Numbered from the stretch's first letter, positions 9,180 to 18,069 are shown. The stretch: DNA of 64,000 nt from Chloroflexaceae bacterium (GCA_034431835.1 DAOUDA010000060.1:2106-66105); one strand, 5' to 3'. Made by a program: numbers and translations. The notes: generated from the sequence alone by a model not told the origin.

Positions 9180-10433
9180 TCAGGGGCACTGAATGACCGC
9201 CTGCGCCCACAGGCAGCCTCCGCACACCGGAAACTCGTTGCCCAGACAGTCCTCCAGGTTCGCCTCCGACAGATCGCAGCCGCCGCAGGCAGTGCAGGGC
9301 GCGAAGGCGAAGTTCTGCACCCGCTGGCGGTAGGCCACGTAGCCCGGGTCGTTCCACAGATCGAGCAGATCGCGCTCGGCCAGGTTGCCGATGATGTGCC
9401 GGTGCGACATGCGCCGGCGCCGGTGCAAGTAGCTGACGTGGTCGTAGAGCAGCGGCGGGCACGGGCTGACGCTGCCGTCCCAACCGACGGTCATCGAGCC
9501 GTGCTCGATGAAGGTGCAGACGTCGTTGGCCCCGCCCAGGTTGTTGCCGGCAAAGGTGACGTTGGCGCCGCTGCGCAGGGCGCGCAGGAAGGCTTCCTCG
9601 GTATCGTCGTTCAGATCCATCTTGGGGAAGCTGAGCCGCGGCAGCCAGGCCGAGGGCAGGTAGGCGATGTCGCGCAAGGTGCGGTTGTAGAGCACCTCGT
9701 CGCACAGCTCGGCGGTGTAGGGCAACACATTGCTGACCATAAAGCGCGTCACCCCCAGCCGCCGTCCGGTGGCGATCACCGTGGGCAGGTCGGCGATGTT
9801 GCGTCGCATGGCCACGAAGTTGATGCCCATCTGCGGCTTCGCGTGGTGCCCGGCCGGGCGCAACTGGCGGAAGCGGGCCATGTTCTCCAGCACCCTGGGC
9901 AACTCCGCGCCAAGGCGCACGTCGGCGTAACTCTCGGGCGTGGCCCCGTCAATCGAAACCCACAGCACATCGAGGCCCGCGGCGATCAGCCCGCGGGCGC
10001 GCCGCTCGTCGAGCAACGTACCGTTGGTGATCAGTTCGACGAAGGCCCCCAGCGCCTTGATCTGCGCCACCATCTCGACGATGCGCGGGTGGGCCAGCGG
10101 CTCGCCAATACCCCCGAAGAAGACCGCCGGCGGCGGCGTCAGGGCGCCCAACCCTTCCAGGATGCGCCCGAAGGTCGCCTCGCTCATTCGCCCTTCCTCC
10201 ACTTCCCAGCTATTGCGCATGCAGGTGCGGCAGGCAATGTTACAGATGTTCGTCGGCTCGATGTACACTTTGTTGAGGTGCGTGACCGGGCGATGGAGGC
10301 GCAGGTCATTCGCGCCGACCTCCAGGCGCACCTGGGCGCCGGGTTCCAGCCCCAGATGGGCGGCCAGCTCCGGCGGGATCACCAGCCGGCCCTCGGCGTC
10401 TACTTCGGCCCACGCGCTCGGAAGGGTTCCCAT
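9180..10433 (-). CDS. radical SAM enzyme with a C-terminal SPASM domain and an N-terminal SpoVT/AbrB-like domain
   Basis: CxxxCxxC cluster motif NICNIACRTCMRN. GGIGEPL SAM-binding stretch. Cys-rich C-terminus (CPPLLYDH..CTACGGCDL..CLGNEFPVCGGCLWAQAVIQCP) typical of SPASM twitch domains. The first ~45 aa (GRLVIPPELAAHLGLEPGAQVRLEV) look like an AbrB/MazE swapped-hairpin. Confidence 0.85.
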   Translation of the reverse strand: MGTLPSAWAEVDAEGRLVIPPELAAHLGLEPGAQVRLEVGANDLRLHRPVTHLNKVYIEPTNICNIACRTCMRNSWEVEEGRMSEATFGRILEGLGALTPPPAVFFGGIGEPLAHPRIVEMVAQIKALGAFVELITNGTLLDERRARGLIAAGLDVLWVSIDGATPESYADVRLGAELPRVLENMARFRQLRPAGHHAKPQMGINFVAMRRNIADLPTVIATGRRLGVTRFMVSNVLPYTAELCDEVLYNRTLRDIAYLPSAWLPRLSFPKMDLNDDTEEAFLRALRSGANVTFAGNNLGGANDVCTFIEHGSMTVGWDGSVSPCPPLLYDHVSYLHRRRRMSHRHIIGNLAERDLLDLWNDPGYVAYRQRVQNFAFAPCTACGGCDLSEANLEDCLGNEFPVCGGCLWAQAVIQCP

Positions 10434-10539
10434 ACGTCACCTCTCGTTCCTAAGGGTCTGTCTACACACTGCCTGCCGGGGGTCCCGGAAGACGATGTCC
10501 TCCCGAGAACCCGCGCTCCTCGGCTGGTTGGAGGAGGGT

Positions 10540-10567
10540 GGGGAAACCTGGTTTCCCCACGCCCCGT
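10540..10567. repeat. palindromic repeat, family P1
   Basis: GGGGAAACCTGGTTTCCCCACGCCCC. Confidence 0.9.
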
Positions 10568-10573
10568 CCGAAG

Positions 10574-10601
10574 CGTCAGGGAGGGCATGCCCTCCCTGAC
10601 G
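10574..10601. repeat. hairpin repeat, family P2 (perfect 13-bp stem)
   Basis: CGTCAGGGAGGGC-AT-GCCCTCCCTGACG. Confidence 0.9.
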
Positions 10602-10806
10602 CAGCTTCGGTTGGGAAGCATTGAACAGCGCCATGCCGTTCATCTTTCCGCAGTATAGCAGCGCGGCCCCCGGCGCCTCGTTAATCTATGGCTGCCGCCG
10701 GGTGGTGAAATGGCGACCGTTCCCTGATACCCCTGGAACAAAGTATTGTGGTTCCTGGGAAGGCGAGGCCCCTGGCCCCTCCCTTCAGGTCGGGGCGCTG
10801 TTCCTT

Positions 10807-10869
10807 CCCCTCCCTCTCCACCTTCGGTGGAGAGGGAGGGGGCCGGGGGGAGGGTGAGGACCACAAACC
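10807..10869 (+). repeat. ~65-bp repeat, family P3 (stem-loop + GAGGGTGAGGACCACAA)
   Basis: CCCCTCCCTCTCCACCTTCGGTGGAGAGGGAGGGGGCCGGGGGGAGGGTGAGGACCACAAACC. Confidence 0.8.
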
Positions 10870-11034
10870 TCTTCCTCTGGTGCCTTACCTGGGCTAGAAT
10901 AGAAGTCGTCCGGGCCGTCTCCTGCGGGCGCCCGGTACAGTGCAGGGCTCTTGGAGCCTATCCGGATAATCTGGTTGTCGGATCCCTTTTCTGGGAGTGC
11001 CATGCCCTCCCAGCCCCTCTCCTCAGGGAGGGGC

Positions 11035-11057
11035 GTGGGGAAACCCGGTTTCCCCAC
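11035..11057. repeat. palindromic repeat, family P1
   Basis: GTGGGGAAACCCGGTTTCCCCAC. Confidence 0.9.
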
Positions 11058-11390
11058 CTTTGTTATGCGGATGGGCGCTTATTGGTCTGTGAACGAAGTT
11101 TTCCGGTATTCCACACGCCCGGTCATACTGAGCGAAGCGAAGCATCTTCCGCGTTCTAACACGGTAGACCCCTCGCGGAGCTTACCCTGAGCGCAGTCGA
11201 AGGGCTCGGGGTGACAAAGAGCAGAACACATAGTTCGCAGACTACTAATGAAGATTAAGCATATGAACCGGTATTCGCCCTGTGGCCCGGCGGCTGAAGT
11301 CAGATGCGAAGCCCGCCTGCGCGAGCCACACGGCTCGGTCCCCTCAGCGGATCACGCATTCCGGTCAGTGCTCTAGCTATCGAGGACTGT

Positions 11391-12650
11391 ATGCCCTTTC
11401 TGTACCGCGCCATCGGGCTGGGCTTCCTCGCCTGCTGCCTCCTCGCCCTGGCGCTCAAGTTGCTCATCCCCTTGCCCGCGCCGCCTGGTTATGCCCCGGT
11501 TGATCTGGGCCTCGGCCCGCGGGTCGCGCCGGTCGAAGTGGTGATCTGGTACGGCACGGAAAAGCAGATCTGGCTGGAGGAGGCCGCGCGCCGCTTCCAG
11601 GCCCGCGGCGAAACCGTTGGCGTCCGGCCCATTACCATCCGCCTGGAGGGTATGGGCTCACGCGAGATCGCCGAGCGGGTGACCCGCCAGGACTGGAGCG
11701 TCGCCCCCCGCCCCACGGTGGTCAGCCCCGCCAGCAGCCTCTGGACCGACACCCTCGCCAGCGAGTGGGCCGCGCGCAATCGTAGCACGATCATCGCCGG
11801 CGAGGCGACGCCCCTGGCGCTGACCCCGCTGGTCGCCGTGGCCTGGGAGCAGCGCGCCCGCCTGCTCTGGCTCGACGGCGCCACCGATTTCTGGAACGAC
11901 CTCCACGACGCCATCGCCGACGAGCGGGGCTGGAGCGCCGTGGCCGAGGCCCGCGGCTTTGGCCCCGATACGCCCGAAGGCAAACAGGCGCAACGCTGGG
12001 GGCCGGTGAAGCTCGGCCACACCTCGCCGCTCACCTCGAACAGCGGCGCGCAGACACTGGTGCTCATGGCCTACGCCTTCCACGACAAAACCGCCGACCT
12101 GACCGTCGCCGATGTCGAAGATCCGGCCTTCCTGGCCTGGCTCGAAGCGATGGAGATCGGCGTCTACGATCTCGGCTCAAGCACCGGCACGCTTATGCAG
12201 AAGATGGTGCAACTCGGCCCGGGCAGCTACGACATCGTGATTGTCTACGAGAACCTGGCCATCGAGTACATGGCCACCGGCGAGCAACGCTGGAACCAGC
12301 CCCTGCGCGTCTACTACCCCCCGGCGACGATCTTCAGCGACCACCCCTATGCCATTCTCGACGACCCGCTCACGACCCGCGAGGAGCGCGAAGCCGCCCG
12401 GCGCTTCCGCGACTTTTTGCTCCAGCGCCCGCAGCAGGAACTGGCCCTCCAATCCGGTTTTCGCCCCATCGATCCGGACGTTGTCATGAGCGGCGCCGAT
12501 CCCACGAATCCCTTCGTTCGCTACGCCGATCGTGGCGTCAGCCTCGACATCGCCGCCCAGGTCGAGTCGCCCCCTGCCGAGGTGCTGGCGGCCCTGCTCA
12601 ATGCCTGGGACCGGCGCATCCGCCCCCTGACCCCGCCTCCGACGTCGTAA
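11391..12650 (+). CDS. membrane-anchored periplasmic-binding-protein-like (solute-binding fold) protein
   Basis: ATG 11391 follows GAGGA. TM anchor LGFLACCLLALALKLLI, then an alternating beta-alpha pattern VVIWYGTEKQIWLEEAARRFQ..VSPASSLW..GHTSPLTSNSG typical of type 2 SBPs. No ABC permease or ATPase is adjacent. Confidence 0.5.
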   Translation: MPFLYRAIGLGFLACCLLALALKLLIPLPAPPGYAPVDLGLGPRVAPVEVVIWYGTEKQIWLEEAARRFQARGETVGVRPITIRLEGMGSREIAERVTRQDWSVAPRPTVVSPASSLWTDTLASEWAARNRSTIIAGEATPLALTPLVAVAWEQRARLLWLDGATDFWNDLHDAIADERGWSAVAEARGFGPDTPEGKQAQRWGPVKLGHTSPLTSNSGAQTLVLMAYAFHDKTADLTVADVEDPAFLAWLEAMEIGVYDLGSSTGTLMQKMVQLGPGSYDIVIVYENLAIEYMATGEQRWNQPLRVYYPPATIFSDHPYAILDDPLTTREEREAARRFRDFLLQRPQQELALQSGFRPIDPDVVMSGADPTNPFVRYADRGVSLDIAAQVESPPAEVLAALLNAWDRRIRPLTPPPTS

Positions 12651-12737
12651 AGGAGGCAGCGGGAGGGGGCGTGGGAGAGCTGCGCCCTCCCCGCAAAAAA
12701 CTTACAACCAGGTTGTCACCCTACAAGAGAAACGCCA

Positions 12738-13475
12738 ATGCGCAACGCTTACGCCTACGCCGCCCGGCAACCCCTCGCACTGATGGTGCTGCTCGCCGCC
12801 ATCGCCAGCGGCCTGGTGCTCTACTGGTGGCTCCTGCCCCTCGGCCTGCTGGCCTACGGCGCCATGGTCCTCATCGGCGGGCGCAGCCCCGTGGTGATCG
12901 CCGCTAGCCAGCGACCCGCGCGCCCCCGCCTGAACAGCGCCACCTTCCGCGCCCAGCTCAACGCCATCGAACGCTCGCAGCGCGAGATTGAACGCGCGGT
13001 GGCCCGGGCCAGCCCGCCCCTGGCCGGCCTGCTCGCCCGCATCACCGCCCAGACCCGCGATCTTGTCGAGCAGGCCTACGCCCTCGCCGACCGCGGTCAG
13101 GTCATCGAAGCCTACCTGGCGCAGATCAAGCCCGAAGCGCTCCAGGACCGCATCACCAAAATCAACTGGCAGATCTCCAGCGCCAGCGATACCTTCACCC
13201 GCCAGCAACTCGAAGAAACCCGCGCCGCCCTCCTGGAAAAGCAACGCAACGCCGGCGACCTGACGACCTACATCGGGCGCATCAAGGCCCAGCTCGAGCA
13301 CATCCACGCCAGTCTCGACAACGTGCTCGCCGAAACGGTGCGCCTGCGCACCGCCGATGTGGTCAGCGCCAGCCCCGCCACCAACGAGGTCGCCCAGCGC
13401 CTGGCCGACCTCAAGAGCGATATGGACACCTTCCAGCGCGTCCTCGATACCGCTGTGGCCAGCGCTACGCCCTGA
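12738..13475 (+). CDS. two-TM membrane protein with a long cytoplasmic coiled-coil (XpaC/TelA-like architecture)
   Basis: Two N-terminal hydrophobic helices (LALMVLLAAIASGLVLYWWLLPLGLLAYGAMVLIGG), followed by ~170 aa of heptad-like Q/E/R/L-rich sequence. Confidence 0.5.
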   Translation: MRNAYAYAARQPLALMVLLAAIASGLVLYWWLLPLGLLAYGAMVLIGGRSPVVIAASQRPARPRLNSATFRAQLNAIERSQREIERAVARASPPLAGLLARITAQTRDLVEQAYALADRGQVIEAYLAQIKPEALQDRITKINWQISSASDTFTRQQLEETRAALLEKQRNAGDLTTYIGRIKAQLEHIHASLDNVLAETVRLRTADVVSASPATNEVAQRLADLKSDMDTFQRVLDTAVASATP

Positions 13476-13495
13476 TAAATCCCGCCCAAGAACAC

Positions 13496-13584
13496 GTGTG
13501 GGAGGGCGTCGCCCTCCCACACAACCTCTCTACGGACGCGCCGCCCCCACAGCGGAGGGGCCGGGAGGGCTTTGGCCTCCCAGG
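13496..13584. repeat. two family P2 hairpins
   Basis: GTGTGGGAGGGCGTCGCCCTCCCACAC (13496-13522) and CCGGGAGGGCTTTGGCCTCCCAGG (13561-13584), between convergent genes. Confidence 0.85.
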
Positions 13585-13708
13585 AACTAATGTTCACCCC
13601 CCAGTGTTCGTGGTGAAGCCGCATGAAGAGTTGACGTCAATACCGTTCCCTGTTGAACAAACCGTATGCGCATCATCGCCAGATCGCTTTGAAGCTATAT
13701 ACCCCAGT

Positions 13709-13722
13709 CCAAAATCCAAAAC
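13709..13722 (+). repeat. short 7-nt array (x2)
   Basis: CCAAAATCCAAAAC, 10 nt from the stop of the 13732-15342 gene. Confidence 0.6.
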
Positions 13723-13731
13723 AGTATAGCC

Positions 13732-15342
13732 CTACCGCCGTCGCGCGAAATAACTCGTCTCCTCGTCCTCAAAGCGCAACTCCCACTCCTGGGGACGCGC
13801 CCGCGCCCACTCCACCAGCGGCGCCTGCTCGGCATTGCTCAACAGCAGCCCATCTATGGCGTAGGCGGCCAGCAGCCGTTCCACCTCCAGACCGCTGTTG
13901 AGCAACTGGTAGTCGCGCCACTGCTCGAACGGGTACAACTCGACCCGCGGGTCGGCCCACACCGGTTGCTCGGGCGCCGCCCAGATCAGGTAACTGCCGT
14001 AGCTCATGGCGTGGAACAGCCGCGCCGGGCGCTGCGGATCGCTGCGCAGGCGCTCCACCGCCGCCACGGGCGTCTGCGGGTCGATCAGGGCGCCCAGTGC
14101 GGGCGGCAGGCCCAGGGCCGGCTTGACCCACGGCAGGGCCAGCGCCAGCAGCAGGGCGATGACCCCCGCCAGGGCCGCGTTCAGCGCCGGCAGCCCCTGG
14201 TACGACCGGCGCGTCGTTGTCTCTCCGGCGCGCCAGTTCGTCAGTTGGACCACCAGCAGCGGCGTGGCCACCGCGGTGAACCAGATGTTGTTGCGCACCG
14301 CGCCGAGGGCCAGCCAGAGAAAGGCCCCCGCCGTAAGCATGTCCACCAGGTCGGGCGCGCGGCGGGCATGGGCCAGAATCACGATGCCGGCGATCAGAAA
14401 GAGAAAGAAAATCACCCCGTTCGGGTCGCGGATGGTGGGCGGCGCCCATTCGGTGACCAGGCTGGTCACCTGCGAGCTGCTCAGGAGGTTGCGCACATAG
14501 CCGAGCACCTGCGCACCGCCGGGGTTGAGCAGCCAGCTCAAGCCGGTGAGGGCGCCGGCCAGGGCCAGGTGCCAGAGCGGCGGACGGGCGCGCCGCGGCG
14601 GCCGCTCCAGCACATCCTCCGCCCGCCCGACGGGCCGGCTGGCCCAGGCGCGCGCCTCGGCCCACTCCTCGATGCGCCGTCGCGCCGCCTCACCCACAAA
14701 GACCAGGGCGATCAGCGCCCCGCCGAGCAAAAAGGAGCCGTGCAGGTTCACCCACACCACACCGGAGAGCGGCAAGAGCAACAGCGACCGGTAGAAGCGC
14801 GCCGGTTCGGCCCGGCCGCCCCGCAACTCCGGCAGGCGCCACGCGCTGAGCACGTAGAGCGAGGCGATGAACAACGACAGCGCGTAGGTCTGCGGGCGCA
14901 CGATCCAGTTGTCGAACGAGGCCGGCATGGTGGCCAGGAGCAAGAAGCCCGCGCTCAGCCGCGCCGACCCGCCGCGCCGCAGGCACAGGCGCAGCAAGAG
15001 ACCATAGGCCAGCGCCAGCACCAGCGCCTGTACAAGAATGATCAGCGGCACGCCGCCGAGCTGGTACAGGGCGTAAAGAAACACCTGGGCCAGCCAGCTC
15101 TGGTTGTAGAACGGCTCGCCCGCGCGGGTGTACGAGAAGGCGTCAACGGCGGGGATCTGCCCGCTGGCGACGATCAGCCGGCCCGTGGCCATGTGCCACC
15201 AGAAGTCGTGGGGCGGGATGGGCGTCAACAAGGCCCGTAGCGCAACAAACGCCAGCGCCGCGAACAACCACACCTGGTCGAGACCCAGCCCCGCCAGGGC
15301 GATTCTGCCCCGTTGTCCAGCTACGACCTTCATCGGCGCCAC
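13732..15342 (-). CDS. polytopic membrane protein, GT-C-like (paralogue A)
   Basis: More than 10 TM helices. Conserved first-loop motif PPHDFWWHMATGRLI. Same length class and collinear with the upstream paralogue. An alternative ATG at 15333 forms an ATGA overlap with the upstream stop. Confidence 0.7.
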   Translation of the reverse strand: MAPMKVVAGQRGRIALAGLGLDQVWLFAALAFVALRALLTPIPPHDFWWHMATGRLIVASGQIPAVDAFSYTRAGEPFYNQSWLAQVFLYALYQLGGVPLIILVQALVLALAYGLLLRLCLRRGGSARLSAGFLLLATMPASFDNWIVRPQTYALSLFIASLYVLSAWRLPELRGGRAEPARFYRSLLLLPLSGVVWVNLHGSFLLGGALIALVFVGEAARRRIEEWAEARAWASRPVGRAEDVLERPPRRARPPLWHLALAGALTGLSWLLNPGGAQVLGYVRNLLSSSQVTSLVTEWAPPTIRDPNGVIFFLFLIAGIVILAHARRAPDLVDMLTAGAFLWLALGAVRNNIWFTAVATPLLVVQLTNWRAGETTTRRSYQGLPALNAALAGVIALLLALALPWVKPALGLPPALGALIDPQTPVAAVERLRSDPQRPARLFHAMSYGSYLIWAAPEQPVWADPRVELYPFEQWRDYQLLNSGLEVERLLAAYAIDGLLLSNAEQAPLVEWARARPQEWELRFEDEETSYFARRR

Positions 15343-16886
15343 ACCTCGGTGCGACCATCGCCAAAGGTGCGCTGCCAGCCGGGGAGAGCCGGCAGCGTGC
15401 GCGCCAGTTCAGGCTGCAGTTCCGTATCTATCACCGCGCAGGCGATCGCGTGCCGGTCGAAAAAGCCGGCCACGTCGCGGCCCTCGCTCACCGCGCGGTA
15501 CTCCTGCCACAACTCCAGCGGAAACAACTCCACCCGCGGATCGATGAAGTGCTGCGCCGCGGGATAGAGCGCCCAGGCCATGTACGAGCCATAGCCCATC
15601 TCGTTGAAGATCCGCCCCTCGCACGGCCTCTCCAGTAGATGCTCCACCGCGCCGACCGGCGTCTCGGTGGTGAAGAGCAACGGCGCGCCGGGAAGATCCA
15701 CGAACAGATCGCGGTAGGCCTGCGGCAGATTGAGCAACGGCTTGCTCCAGGGTTGCAGCAGCGCCACCAGGGCCAGCAAGCCGAGCGCCACGGCCAGATT
15801 GGCCGCGCCGCCCGCGCCCCGCTCGCGCGGCGAGCGCCGCGGCGCCCCAAAAACCGGGCACGGCGCCGCCAGGGCCTGCGCGGCGATCGGCATCGCCACC
15901 ATGCCCCACCAGATCACGTAGCGCATCCCCACGAAGGCCTGCCAGCCCAGGCCGCAGACCAGCAGCACCTCGGTGATACTCGGGCGGCGGCGGGCGAAGG
16001 CAAAGACGGCGATGACCCCCAGCACGCCCAGGTAGAACGCCGCGCCGGCTACGCTCCGGGGCGTCGGCGATTGCCACTCGCCGATCAACTGCTGGCTGGG
16101 GGCATTGCCGAGCATATCGCGCACGTAGCCAAACACGCCTGGTCCGAGCGGGTTGAGCAGGGTGGCTGCCAGCATCGCCGCCGCCGCCACGCCAAGGGCG
16201 CGCAGGCGTGCCCACGGTAGCGCCCGCGGCTGTCGCAGCACCCGCCGCAGCGTCTCGCCGGCCAGAAAGGTGGCCGTTACCAGCAGGCCCAGCACAAAAG
16301 CGCCGTGCAGGTTCACCCATACGGCCATGATCAGCGGCAGCGCCGCCAGCCAGCGGGGGGCCAGGCGCCCCTCGGCATAGCGGCTCAGCAGCATAAACAC
16401 CGCCATAAAGGGCAGCCAGGACCAGATCTGGGTGCGGAGCAGCACATTGTTGATCGCCATCGCCGCCGCCGCGAACGCCGCCAGCGCCGCCAGTCGCCAC
16501 GAGCCGCTGCGCAGCCGCGCCTCCACCGCGACCAGGGTGAAGACCGCCGCGCCGAGCAGGTTGCGCGCGAACACCACCAGCGGAAAGCCGCCCAGGCGGT
16601 ACAACTGGTAGAATAACCACTCCCCCAGCCAGCTCTGATACACGTAGGGGTGATCGGCCGGCAGCGTCCAGGCGAACAGATTGGTGGTGGGGATGCCGCT
16701 CGTCGCGATCAACTCGCCGGCCTTGAGGTGCCACCAGAAATCGTTGGGCGAGGTAGGCACCAGGCTGATGCAGGCCGCGATCACGCTCAGCGACAGCAGC
16801 ACCCACAGGTGGTCGAGGCGCAGTGCCGGCAGGGCGCGGGGGGGCGCTCGCGAGGTTGTCAGATCTGCCGCTGCGTTCGTTTCCAT
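15330..16886 (-). CDS. polytopic membrane protein, GT-C-like (paralogue B)
   Basis: First-loop motif SPNDFWWHLKAGELI and shared WVNLHG(S/A)F and LLNP(G/L)G strings with paralogue A. I chose start ATG 16886 (METNAAAD) because it aligns with the N-terminus of paralogue A; the track start at 16940 is possible. Confidence 0.7.
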   Translation of the reverse strand: METNAAADLTTSRAPPRALPALRLDHLWVLLSLSVIAACISLVPTSPNDFWWHLKAGELIATSGIPTTNLFAWTLPADHPYVYQSWLGEWLFYQLYRLGGFPLVVFARNLLGAAVFTLVAVEARLRSGSWRLAALAAFAAAAMAINNVLLRTQIWSWLPFMAVFMLLSRYAEGRLAPRWLAALPLIMAVWVNLHGAFVLGLLVTATFLAGETLRRVLRQPRALPWARLRALGVAAAAMLAATLLNPLGPGVFGYVRDMLGNAPSQQLIGEWQSPTPRSVAGAAFYLGVLGVIAVFAFARRRPSITEVLLVCGLGWQAFVGMRYVIWWGMVAMPIAAQALAAPCPVFGAPRRSPRERGAGGAANLAVALGLLALVALLQPWSKPLLNLPQAYRDLFVDLPGAPLLFTTETPVGAVEHLLERPCEGRIFNEMGYGSYMAWALYPAAQHFIDPRVELFPLELWQEYRAVSEGRDVAGFFDRHAIACAVIDTELQPELARTLPALPGWQRTFGDGRTEVWRR

Positions 16887-17016
16887 AGGTTTCCGTTCGT
16901 TTCTGTGCCTTCTGGTTCGCGGGCGAGGGTATAATACCATCTGGTTATTACGGGTGTGCCTGGCCCCTCACGCAGCCCTGGTCAACGCCGTTTTCGGAAG
17001 CGAGGCCCCAGTCACT

Positions 17017-17772
17017 ATGCTTGCAGCACCAGCCGGCCCACCGATCCCCCTTCGCCCGGCCCCCGCCGTCGCCGATTGCACGGTGGTGGTGCCGACCTAC
17101 AATGAGGCGGAGAACATCACCCGGTTGATCGAACTCCTGCTCGTCGACCCCCGTTGCCGGGTGCTGGTGGTGGACGACGCCTCGCCCGACGGCACCGGGG
17201 CGCTGGTGGCCGAACTCGCCCGCGCCGAGGCCCGCGTGGGGTTGCTGGCGCGGCCGGGCAAACTGGGGCTTGGCACGGCTTACGTCGCCGGCTTCCGGCG
17301 CGCCCTGGCCGAAGGCGCTGAGTATATTTTCGAGATGGACGCCGACTTCTCCCACGATCCGCGCTATCTCCCCGACCTGCGCGCCGCCGCCGAGGCCGGG
17401 GCGGACCTGGTCATCGGCTCGCGCTACGTGCCCGGCGGCGGTACCACCGATTGGGGCCTGGTGCGGCGGATCATCAGCCGCGGCGGCAATCTCTACGCCG
17501 GCCTGATCCTCTCCCTGCCCGTCGCCGACGCCACCGGCGGCTTCCGCTGCTACCGCCGCCGGGTGCTCGAACGGCTCGATCTTACCGCCGTGCGCTCGAA
17601 TGGCTATGCCTTTCAAATCGAGATGGCCTACCGCGCCCACCGGGCCGGGTTTCGCATCGCCGAGGTGCCGATCATCTTCCCCGACCGGCGCGTGGGTCGC
17701 TCGAAGATGTCGCGCCGGATCGTCGTCGAGGCCCTGATCAACGTCTGGAGGCTGCGCCTCGGCCTGATCTGA
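17017..17772 (+). CDS. polyprenyl-phosphate glycosyl synthase, GT2 (Ppm1 / dolichyl-phosphate mannose synthase-like)
   Basis: VVVPTYNEAENI, VVDDASPDGT, LGLGTAYVAGF, EMDADFSHDP (DXD), GSRYVPGG, GGFRCYRR and YAFQIEM form the full collinear signature of the DPM1/Ppm1 family. Sugar specificity cannot be read from the sequence. Confidence 0.85.
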   Translation: MLAAPAGPPIPLRPAPAVADCTVVVPTYNEAENITRLIELLLVDPRCRVLVVDDASPDGTGALVAELARAEARVGLLARPGKLGLGTAYVAGFRRALAEGAEYIFEMDADFSHDPRYLPDLRAAAEAGADLVIGSRYVPGGGTTDWGLVRRIISRGGNLYAGLILSLPVADATGGFRCYRRRVLERLDLTAVRSNGYAFQIEMAYRAHRAGFRIAEVPIIFPDRRVGRSKMSRRIVVEALINVWRLRLGLI

Positions 17773-18069
17773 AGGAGAGCCTGTCGTTATCCGAACACGT
17801 ACCCGTTCGGGGCAAGTGCGGAGGACCACGTCTTCCCAGGAACCTCTTGCCGCCACGATTCGGGTAGGTCGAAGGTTGCAGTAGAGCCAAGCTTGCCTTA
17901 CAGTCGTATGGCTCCTCGTCCCCTCCCCGAACCTCCCCGCCGGGGGAAGGAGTTCGGCGCCTCCCCCCAACGGGGGGAGGCTGGGAGGGGGGCAGACAGG
18001 CAAGGAAACTCAGTTTACAGACTAGTAAGGGAAGTTTTCGAATAAACCCCCAACCCTCTGGAGGAACCA

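Noticed and set aside
10437-10643. 68-aa minus-strand ORF ending 4 nt before the radical SAM start; considered as a RiPP precursor.
   Set aside because: It is made almost entirely of the P1 palindrome and the P2 hairpin read through as codons. It has one Cys, no RBS and no leader/core organisation. It is more likely a translation artefact of repeats, and I cannot exclude a real precursor without comparative data.
12659-12696. P2-like hairpin after the SBP-like gene, considered as a terminator.
   Set aside because: The stem is imperfect. It is followed by A6 rather than T6 on the coding strand, and the next gene starts 40 nt later on the same strand. It is more likely just a repeat copy inside an operon spacer.
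16930-16935. TATAAT hexamer upstream of the Ppm1-like gene, considered as its promoter -10.
   Set aside because: No acceptable -35 lies at 16-18 nt spacing. It is plausible but cannot be supported from sequence alone, so I did not list it as a feature.
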